Origin: Toensbergia leucococca
Lineage: Eukaryota
Direction: 5' to 3'
Length of the DNA stretch: 64,000 nucleotides
Assembly (NCBI GenBank): GCA_022813965.1
Contig: JALDZS010000139.1
Location: forward strand, 1 to 64,000
The notes beneath the pieces were generated by a model. That model was not told the DNA's origin. It saw nothing but the letters and a program-made list of their open reading frames with translations, and searched no databases. Shown here piece after piece: positions 48,446 to 59,139 of this stretch; position 1 is the first letter of the stretch, and each line of letters starts with the position of its first letter. A program made the position numbers and the translations under genes.

Positions 48446-50647
48446 ATGGCCGCCGTCATGTCATCTACTACTTTCCTTCCTATCACTATATCAGATCTCT
48501 TTTACAATACCCGGGGCATTGGCATCGACGACTTTACCGCTTTGGTCTTGATTACTCTTTTGACAGCGGGCTATTTCCTCCGGGGAATTGTGTGGGATAA
48601 ACCAGATCCATACCACCATGTCTGGTTTGAAAGGCCTCAAGAAAATGCTGGAGCTGCCAGAAATCAAGAGACACGAGATATCGCACAGAAGCTTGAAGAA
48701 GCGGTAAGGGCAGATATCTTTAGATATTCAAAATACACAAGTCTGACCTTATAATAGCAAAAGGATGTTGTTATCTTCTGGGGCTCACAGTCCGGAACTG
48801 CTGAAGGATTTGCAAACAGGCTTGCTCGAGACCTTCACCATTTGTTTGGAGTTCCTGTGATAGCCGCCGATCTCTCAGACTACGATCCAGCATCAATAGC
48901 TCTGATTCCAAAAGCAAAATTTGCAATCTTCATCATGTCAACATACGGTGAAGGAGACCCAAGTGACAATGCCAACGAACTTTGGTCCTGGCTCAGGTCA
49001 GACAAGAAGGTTGATTTGTCAAATCTTCGATACGCAGCCTTTGGGTTGGGTAACAAGAACTATAATCTCTACAATCGCGTGATCGAGGTTGTCACTCAAG
49101 CACTCGACCAATTCGGAGCCAAGAGTTTACTACCAGTTGGCCGAGCTGACGACTCGGAAGGAGCGACCGAGGAAGACTTCATGGAGTGGAAGGAATCACT
49201 ATTCTCAATGTTCCACAATGACTTGCATTATGAAGAAAGGCATGTAGAATACGAGCCAACGCTGTCTATTGTTGAGGATGAATCTATGACAAGCATCGAC
49301 TGCCATCTCGGTACTCCTGTTCCTCAGCGAGACATCAAAAAACAAGTGTCCGTTAGCTCGCCAATACGACCTTTATCGGTGAAGGTATCCAAGGAGCTTT
49401 TCACGACGCCAACTCGAAATTGTATCCATATGGAATTGGACCTCAATCAGTACCCTGAACTCAAGTACAAGACCGGTGACCACCTCGGCGTCTGGGCAAT
49501 GAATCCAGATATCGAAGTCGAACGCCTCCTTCGTGTGCTGGACCTTCAAGAGAAAAAGGACGTTCCCATTTCCATCGCGTCACTTGATCCTGCAGTGAAG
49601 ATAAAGGTTCCCACCCCTGCCACTGTTGAGTCATTATTTCGATACTATCTTGAGATCTGTGGACCTGTCTCGAGAGACACTGTTCTTGCTCTTGCTCAAT
49701 TCGCTCCCACGCCATCCGCCAAGGAGCTTCTCACTAAATTAGGCAAGGACCGAGAAGCATTCAACTCTCATGTCGCACTTAATCATGTCAATTTTGGTCG
49801 ATTACTCGAGTCCGCAGTACAAGCTGGAGGCTCCTGGAGACATGTTCCCCTTTCTTTCGTGGTGGAAACACTGCCGGTCATGAATCCTCGATATTACTCC
49901 ATCTCTTCCTCGTCAATCGTTCAGCCAAGACAGGCTGCTATCACTGCAGTCGTCTCGGAGGAGCGATTGAAGAATAGCCTCCAAGAACGTGTCCCCGGTC
50001 TGGCAACGAATTACATGCTCGCAGTGAAACAATCGCTAAACAGCGAAGGCGGCCCACAGCCTCATCCACACGGCCTCAGTTATGCTCTAGATGGGCCTAA
50101 TCAAACTCTCGAAGACGGTAAACTTCAAGTCCATATTCGTAAATCCAAATTCAAACTCCCTACAGCATCGACATATCCCATAGTTATGGTGGCATCCGGG
50201 ACGGGCATTGCACCTTTTCGTGGCTTTCTCCAAGAGCGGGCTCGGCTAAAGACCATGGGCCGTGACGTCGGCCGTATGATCCTCTTCTTCGGTTGCCGCA
50301 GTGCCGAAGAAGATTTTCTGTACCAGGCAGAACTTGTCGAATTCGAGCAAACACTCGGTGACTCTCTTCAAATCATCACCGCTTTCTCAAGGCAAGAAGT
50401 CAACGTAGATGGCTCCAAAGTGTATGTGCAGGATCGAATCGAGGAGCACTTTCTCAGTATTTCGAAACTGTTGCTGGAGTCCGGAGCGTACTTTTACATC
50501 TGCGGGTCGGCTAGTATGGCGCGGGATGTTACGAGGCGGCTTGGAGGATGTTTTGAAAAGGAGAATGGGTGGAATGAGGGGAAGATGCGGGGGTGGTTGA
50601 AGCAGCAGAAGACGGTGAGGAAGTGGCAAGAAGATGTTTGGGGGTAG
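48446..50647 (+). CDS. NADPH-cytochrome P450 reductase, accessory (CPR2-like) type, 715 aa; exons 48446-48703, 48758-50647
   Basis: Membrane anchor; FMN motifs 'FWGSQSGTAE', 'STYGEGDPSDNA', 'FGLGNKNY'; FAD motif 'RYYSISSS'; 'GTGIAPFRGF', 'FFGCR', 'YVQD', 'YICG', terminal 'QEDVWG'. Confidence 0.96.
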
Positions 50648-51329
50648 GAGTGTTTGGGATTTCTGGGGTCAGGGAATAAGAGATGCATGTGCGCAGGCGT
50701 TGGTTGGCGTATGGTAGATTAGATTCGGGAATGTCTTTATCTTGTCAGATGGACAAAGTCAAAGGTACTACTGTCATAGAACACCTTTCAATATTAGCCC
50801 CATGCTGCTCATTTTCCTAGGTGCTTCACATCTCTCCTAGGCCAAGATGTATACCCAGAGACTGCCACTTCAAACCAATTGTGTTGCACCTTCTTCACCC
50901 AATCTTATCCTCCCCTTTGCTCATAACAGCATATCCACCCTCCCCCCCTACCCGTACACAATTCCATTTCCCAGAGGAACCCAAAATACATCCCCCCTTC
51001 CCAACCAAAAAAGCCCCTATCACAGACGCTACATCACTCAATCCCGACCTCTGCAGTCGGCGTCTAAATAACCTAATCATCAACTCCCTCGCACACCATT
51101 CACAGGCAGAGTAAAAGCCGGGTTGGAAGCACAAGTTCAGCTAAAACGACCACGCACTTTCATTGAAGAGAGCTAGTACGGACTTGGCGGGAGAGGCTGA
51201 CCTACCTATCTCAAAACGTCGGAGCTCGGCTTAAGTTTCGCGCCTTCGAGCTTTATTAAATTCTACATCACAACTCCTCACAATAGCTCCCCAACCTCTC
51301 ATCCCCTTGCGCCCCCATCCATCACACCA

Positions 51330-52370
51330 GCACAACTCCCATCTCCGCACCCACCATGACTCCCAATTTATCCCGACCATAGGCCCCCTGGGGGCGGCGC
51401 CCCACCCCGAACACCTCGCGAAGAAGACACAACTAGCTCAAATCCCCAGGCTCCGACTTCACGAAACCCCCCCACCCACAGCAACACCAACCCATAGCCA
51501 CCCCCCTTCCAAACCCTCCATCTCAAGCGCACACGTCTACATCTCCAGCGTCTTCAAAGGAGGGCACCAAGCCGCGCAGCAGCCCCCTCACAAATCCGCC
51601 AGATCCGGCGCCGCAGCCCATCGCGATCCACTCTCCGCTCCCTCGATCCCGATATCCTTCACATAGCCAAGGTAGGCAGGCGGGGAAAGCGGCCCCGAAA
51701 AAAACCCTGAGGGTGCAGCTCGAGGTGACGGACCGAGCGAGCGTGAAGGACGTGGCGAAGGGGGTGGGGAAGGGCCTTTTGGGCGATTGGACATCTTGGT
51801 CAATAATGGTAGGATAGTGATGACATCGCAAACCCCATCGCAGAGAGCGATCCAGACGAATAATGGGGTTCCTACGTCGTCAACACGCGCGGACTGTACC
51901 TTGTCACAAGAGCTTTCTTGCCCGTGATATTGGTGGGAGGCGAGAAGCGGATCGTCAACGTCACATCAAATAGAGCCCATTAGCAGCTCAAGAGCATGAG
52001 CACTTACCAGAGTGGGAAGCTAGCTTTGCTACGATGGACCGATTTTACCAATGCGGAATGCGGCGAGCAAGGAGTTATAGCATTTGCGATGCATAATTGC
52101 TAAGAATATGGCAACGGACATTACGGCAAATCTACCGGAGATGAACCATGGTGAGTCTAGTGTATATGAGAGTGGAATGGATTACTCTATTGCTGATTCT
52201 ACATTAGACTTTTTGTGCGACAAACCTGAGCTTGCTGCTGATACCATAGCCTTTCTTGCTCGAGAAAGGCGACAATGGCTAGCAGGTAGATAAGTAAGCT
52301 GCAATTGGGACATGTCCGATTTCCTGTCTGAAAAAAGAGATAATTGTTAAAGGGTAAAATGGCACTGTAG
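51330..52370 (+). pseudogene. Short-chain dehydrogenase pseudogene
   Basis: Remnants 'LQLEVTDRASVKDVA', 'LDILVNN', 'SDPDE*WGSYVVNTRGLYLVTRAFLP', 'RIVNVTS', 'STYQSGK', 'DKPELAADTIAFLARERRQWLAGR*VSCNWDM' with stops and frameshifts; ends approximate. Confidence 0.85.
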
Positions 52371-52546
52371 TCACAGAATGAGGAACAGCAATTCAGCCTT
52401 TTTAAGAACCATCTTCATGATGCGTTAATCCTTCGCGACAGCAACCATGCTGGGAAACATGGGAGGAAATTACAATGCTCTCATTTTAGTGCAAATAAGA
52501 CGGCTTTGCGTGCTCTCCCTCGCTCCTTATGGCCCCCTCGTACCTT

Positions 52547-52999
52547 CTACTCATGACGCATGAGATTGGTGAAGTCGTTTCCCAGTACCATCATGGGCCC
52601 AAGGTCTTTGGGCCTGATTGAGAGACTGATTTCGTTTTTGAGTTCCTCGATCTCGCGTGCCTGATTTGCAACAGTCAGTCTCGTGGACTCGATTTCCAAG
52701 CGAATCTGAACGAGTTCCGCATCCTTGTTTTGGATGCTGATCACAGCCCGATTGTGGTCATGAATTAGAAGAGTCATTCTCTCTTGATATTAGTGGACTC
52801 GGGATATCAATTCCAACTTGTCGGCCCGGAGGTCTTCATTGCTGCGCCGGAGAAGGTCTTCGTTACTAAGTTGGAGACGAATCTTTTCGGAGCGCAGGTC
52901 TTCGAGTTCAGAGCGTTTGGCGACAGTCACAGCTGGGGGAAGAGCAAGCGTGGATGATTTGGATGTGGCGGGCGCAGAAAAGCTCGGGCGGGTCGTCAA
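52547..52999 (-). pseudogene. Coiled-coil-like hypothetical reading frame interrupted by one in-frame TAA
   Basis: ORFs 52790-52999 and 52547-52777 are in the same frame, separated by a single stop; Leu/Glu/Arg heptad-like composition. No family recognised. Confidence 0.35.
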
Positions 53000-55675
53000 C
53001 GTCAGGCGTCACCAAGAAGATGAGGTTGTGGTAGAGAGGTTGGGATACTCCCAAGAGCCATTTCAGTGGCATTGACAGATATTGCAAGGCACTGGGAAAA
53101 GAGCAAACTTACTGGCTTATATTGAATGTTCTTCGATGTTTTGGAGATAAAAGTAAAGCTCTTGCTTCTGGGAATGGGGATGGGTTGGGTTAAGATTGGG
53201 TGAAACGAGATGGGAGGCGGCCACCCAATATGGAATAAGCTTACTCTTGCCATCTCTACCTTCCTTGTTTTCCAGTCTTCTACTCGCATGTCACGTACAT
53301 TCATCGCCATTACTGTCAAGCCAAGTCGGCACATCTCTTAAGTAACAGACTCTCAAGTGTGCGATTTTCAACTACCGCAAAAGAGGCTACAGGGGTATTT
53401 GTACAGTGCTAAAAGAAGGTGCGTATTGTAACGTGTCGTACTGTCTCTCTCAGGATCAGCAACGAAGAATGCATGCAAGCAGAGAGTAAGTTACTTGAAG
53501 ATATACAGGGGTGTCAGCTTTTGGTACACGATATCACATTAGTAGAGAGTTGAGTGCCTTGCCTTATATAGCAGACCTCGGTGGTTGTGGCTTGAAAGAG
53601 AGTCGGAATGAAAGGTCCGTAAAACATCAGGCGGCATGTGCTTAAAGCGATGTCTAATAATGATGCAAAATGCTTATTATACGCTCATTCTACCTGCGAT
53701 ACTCGGATACTCTCAATTTGTGGCGTTGGCGCCGTTGTCGAGAGCGTTCGAGGGCATTAGTCTTGGTGATTAGGCGGCGAGTATAGGCAGGCTTCATTGT
53801 GGAGCAGAAGACATTGAGATAACATGTAAAGGGTGCAATAGGGTATGTTCGATACGCTCATTGTATTAAAATGGTTGCAATAGTGGAGGACGTCATTGGC
53901 CACTCAAGCAGCCTACCTACCTATCCACTATCTTCATTCAATGCACATTGACTCGGCTACGTCTTACGCTCTCGTCCGATGCGTGGTGGCATCATAAAAA
54001 GTCACCCACCAGATTCGGTAGAACCGCCAAACGCGTTCCGTTTCACATTTCCATTTCCATTTCGGCTTCCGCTACCCGCTAGAATTGCATCTATAGATGA
54101 TGGGGAACATTCATCCCAGCCCATCATTTCGATCGCTGAATTTACGTTGTACAAGTTCTCCCTATCTCCGTAAATGGACTGGTTTTCACCCATCGTCCGT
54201 CATTCTTTACATCCATTATGCAATACAACATCAAATCGGCAACTCTGGTCCTTCTCTCTTTACATTCGCCAACGTACGCTCATATCTCTCCGTCGAACTC
54301 AAACACCTCAATATAAATGACGATCACCTCGGTACGAAGCATTTGTAAGCACGCTGGTGATCTGACTTGACCTAAATGAGAAAAGCCCTGAGGTGATAAG
54401 AAAGGAATGCCCTGACAAGGGCTAAATGGCGGGCTGGAAATCACTCATATACACACAGCCTACATTCTCCTAATTTAAAGTCCTTAGCAATCAAAAGTCT
54501 TATAACCAAAAGTACTGACCTCAATGGGGAGCATACCATCAGGCGTATTAATATTTGACTACATTTTCATAGGATCACTGAAGGCGCGATGACCAAGTCC
54601 TGGTTATATACCATCTGACCATTTATGTTAAGGCAGTAGTTTCCGACTGTTAGGAAGGTCAAAGATTTGATGATAGCAAAGATATAGTTCGAATTTACTA
54701 TATTTCCCAAGCACGATAATATCAATGGATTAGAAGTTGCCAAGTTCTCAGTTTGACCGTCATCACGAGAAGTAGGACACTTCGCGATCTCCTAATCTCA
54801 ATCGGGAAACAGAGAAATGGAATAAATCGCGATTACTTTCAAGCACAAACTGGGGTCGTCAGGAAGGATCAGCCAAGATCGATACACGGCGCGGATCAAG
54901 ATGGACAGGCAAGATTTATATGAGGGTAGGGTAAGAGTAAATAAAGTTGCTGTAGAGAAACAGGCGCAAGGCGTTTTGAGAAAGGAAAGCTGGCATGATA
55001 TTTTCGTGAAAGCCGAATTACTCCGTAGGTCTTGATGTATTGCGCGAGGCACGAGGTTGAGCGTATTTTTATGGGCGATCTAGGAGGTGATTGGTGGGAA
55101 AAAGCGGCACAGCTGCTGGGCTGACGAGGCAAACGTTTGAGGAATTTAGTTCTATTTGCCTTGGCTGGCAACGGTCAAGGCGATACAACAAAATGCTGAC
55201 GGGGCTTCTTATCACGGATCTCATTCTATATTACCTACCTAGGTCAATCAATGTAGATCATTGACGGTTTTTTAGCGCGGATGAATGGTAGTATTGAATT
55301 ACTCGATACAGAATTTAATCTCATGCAAAAAATGCAAATCACGAGCGAGCGGACCTAGGCAGAACAGATTTAAATGATAGGCTGATAGGCTGATAGGCTT
55401 TTAGGCTTTCTGATAGGCTCGAATCTCGACAGGATACGTGTCCGGCTTTTTCCTTTTTCCGCTATTCTAGGCTCAGTCGCTGACTCAGCCAGACAACGGT
55501 GATTTGCGCTCTAGTTTCTTCGTTTCACCATGACGACGAGCACTCGACTCGACTTGATGATTCTCGTCGCTGCCAGTCTCTTACTGTCCTTCTTCCTTCT
55601 TTCTTGTCGAGCTACACCACATCGTCCGTGTCATAGCCTACATCTCCTCTTCGCACCCGTGAGCATATCTGTGCT

Positions 55676-58600
55676 ATGGCCGAAGATGTTGAATGGCACG
55701 GCCATCTCGCTCAATTTCATTCCACTTCGCGCTGTGAGGCATGCCAAGCTGGAAACCATAAGTGTGCCCTGCAGGAAAATGATGACAGTTGCATGGCCTG
55801 CGCTGGCGCAAGCCGTAAATGTCTTTTCTCACGTACCATCACTCTGTCAGGCCCCAAATCCATCTTTCCATGGTCATCTCTTCTGGGCCAAGATCAAGAT
55901 ATGTCACAAAATGTCAATATGAATCCGTATGTAACAGACATCTGATTCCACAATTCCCAAAATTGAAGGCTTAGCAGGCATTATTTCATTGAGGACGGAA
56001 CCATTTCAATAGATGTTCCAAGCCGAACCACCACCGGTCTGTCAGACACACCGATAGCAAAAGCAACGAGTACTATTAACAAGCCATCGGATATTGACTC
56101 GGCCACCAGCCCCATCCCACGTGATGCTGAACAGGACTCGCCACCTGTAGCGCCCGCAGAAGATTCAGTCCATCAATACGGAAATGAATCCAGTCGCGAG
56201 AGCTCGTCAAACTCTGGCCAAGACGTATCGCATCAGATCGACAATGATACGTTTCAAATTACCCTATCCAAGACGCGCAGCAGGTCAAGTAGTCGCAGAT
56301 CTCAGTCGCGAGCAGGCTTAGACCCTTTGGCAAGGGATTTAATGAAAGATCAATTGTTACCAAGCTTAGACGACCAAGCTCGACAAGCTTCGTTGGATGC
56401 AGCAAATACTGAAGTCAAGAAGTGGCTTTTGGCTTCTGACAGCTCTTTGGGGGATGTCAATCCGCTATTTGATCATCACGGACAGATGGACGTGAGCGGC
56501 GCAAAGGGTCTTGGTACTGATCTCTCTCAACATCGAAAAAGGAGCGCCATAACGCAGTCTCGAACGCCAAAGAATGGAATCTCACCTGGTGTAGAGCTCG
56601 ATGAAGAAGAAGAGAGCGAAGGCGAAGGCACATCTCATTCGGAATCTATGCCTGCGAGCATGAATGAAAGTGTTGATGGGAACGACGAGCCCTTGTTAGA
56701 GCAAAATCTTGTAAACTCGCAAGATGCTTTTCCATGGATGGATCCAATCTATATTCCGTCTCGCCCTGGAGCTGTTGCTCAGCCCAAGACACCTAACGCG
56801 GCAATAATGCGATTCGAGAAATTTTCAGCAGACATGGAAGTATTGTCACGTGTTGCTACTTGGGGTACGAACAATCGTCGCACGAGCGAGAGTGATATGG
56901 AGAGAATCCTTGGACCTGAAGGTTTCTTATCTCGTCTCTCCATCAGCAAGAGTAAAGACCCAAGCGATCGTTGGGCTAGCTTTCTGCAGCAGGTTCAACA
57001 AGCTGCTAACAAAGTCCTACGTAAACGGAGTACCAGCCATACAAGAAGAAAAGACAGCGCAATTGGGGCTCAAGCGGCTGTAATCCCATCATTTCCTGCT
57101 AGTGTGGAGCGCATTCCAAACATTAGTAAAAACTCCAAGTCCTTGAAAATTACCTTCCCAAGACCTCTTGCGCCAATGACTCCCCAGATCGCCGCACTCG
57201 GTGGGAACAACGCAATCAACTCTGTGGCCGCGAAAACCCCCGTAGGCTCTAGGAATGTTTTCAGGCGCACAGCCCAGAATCCTTTCCATCGAAAGTCTAA
57301 TAACGACGACCTGGGACTTGCAGCTTTGGAGGATCGACGGACGGATTCGGCAAGGCCCATACTCGCATCTCCTTCAATGGAAGATGATTTTGACCCAAAG
57401 GAAATTGCGGAGGACACTATATTCATGGACATTAGGTCTCACAAAGGTCTCCCTGTCCCGACATTTGAGGGTTTCAAAAGTAATATGCGCGAAATTAATC
57501 CGCGACTTCAACTATTTTTGATCGATCGGCTTGCCAAGGAACAGTTGCGCCGATTCAACAGACTGGTAAATCTTAAAGCAAAACATGCAGAAGCGAAGCA
57601 GCTTCGGAATTGCATCTCTGGTAGTTACTGCAGTGCATTGAGAGGAGTTTCAAAGCATCTGCCAATCGAAGATACTCCAAAAACGGACGAAGATGAAGAA
57701 GATGATGGGGAAGGTAACATCACGGCTGCTGAATTTCTTCCAGGTGTTCCAATGCCTCCTGTAAAGCGTCTACCGGCTCGGTTTGAGTGTCCATTATGCT
57801 TTCAAGTGAAAACGTTTCAAAAAGCATCAGACTGGTCGAAGCATGTTCATGAAGACCTTCAACCATTTACATGTACCTTCCAAACATGTCCGGACCCTAA
57901 ATCATTCAAACGAAAGGCTGACTGGGTAAGACATGAGAATGAAAGACATCGCAAGCTGGAGTGGTGGGCTTGTACTGTACGTGACTGTCAGCATGTGTGC
58001 TATCGCCGGGATAATTTTGTGCAGCACCTTGTGAGAGAGCACAAGATGTCAGAGCCCCGGGCAAAGCCAGGTAATTCTGAGAAGCCAGTGGCTCGAGGCC
58101 CTGAGAAAGCAAAGGGCCGGAATCTCAAGACTCCGGTCAAGAGGCTTGTCCCTGAAGATGATGTGATAGCCATGGTCGAGACATGTCGTCGTGAAACTGC
58201 AAAATTAGCCACCGAGGAGCCCTGTCGCTTTTGTGGAAATGTTTGTAATAGCTGGAAGAAATTAACGGTACATCTGGCCAAACATATGGAGCAAGTCAGT
58301 GTGCCTGTGCTGGAATTGATCAAGCAGAAGAATCCCGAATTTGAGATGGCCAAGCAAAAAAACGGAAGCGTCACTTTGATCAAGGAAAAGGACATCGAGC
58401 CCTCTAAGATGGAATTCCCTATTGAGAAAAAAGGCACCGAGCTATCCACAACGATCAGCAGTGTCAAGCAGAAGAAAGTTGAGCAATCTCCGAGACATAG
58501 TCCAATCGCCCCACGATTACCGTCTCTTCGGCCCAACGTTGCCCAAGGAGAATCAAGGAAGTCGAATCAAACTTTTAGAATGGATCCCCCAAACGGGAAA

Positions 58601-59139
58601 GGGGCTGACATACCTGGAACTCGTCCATGGGAGTCTACCTATTCGGCGCCACTGCCATTAGTTCTAGACCCTGGGTCAAGGCCTGTTCCAAGCGCCGATC
58701 GGGAGTCAAAGTCATCTCGCTCGCGAACTTCGAGCTACATCACTGTTCCCAGCCCACAGAAAACTCAGTCGGTCTCTGGCTCTGCCTCGGGCCCGACAGG
58801 AGACGACATGAAGACGTTGCACAGCAAATTTCCGGTAGCGAATGACGCTCGCCAGTTTGTATGCCCTGGGAAGGACTGCGACATAATGGACAAGGTTTGG
58901 CCAGGGCTAGACAGTTTCAAGGAACACCTACTACACATGCATCCAGACGAGGATGTCGATGAACTCATCAAAATGTAAGCATCTCCATGTATGGAATACT
59001 ATGACAAGTCAGTGCTGATTTTTCTGCTAGGTCCAGGCTGTTCTCCACCACTGCAGCGGCCATAACCGAGTCAGGTCAGAACAAGGTCGCTTCCGAGACT
59101 CCCATAGCACGAGCTTCAGAAACAATGCCGGTATCTTGA
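55676..59139 (+). CDS. Large zinc-finger protein with N-terminal Zn2Cys6-like motif and several C2H2 fingers, ~1119 aa; exons 55676-55926, ~55975-58974, 59031-59139
   Basis: Exon 1 C-EA-C-QAGNHK-C-ALQENDDS-C-MA-C-AGASRK-C; GTATGT..AG intron joins a 3-kb open frame with 'FECPLC...WSKHVHED', 'FTCTFQTC...WVRHENERH', 'WACTVRDC...FVQHLVREH', 'CRFC...LTVHLAKH' and a final 'FVCPGKDC...FKEHLLHMH'. Confidence 0.85.

Noticed and set aside
45847..50647. Interpretation as part of a secondary-metabolite biosynthetic cluster
   Set aside because: No PKS, NRPS, terpene synthase or prenyltransferase in the window; neighbours are catabolic enzymes and an importer.
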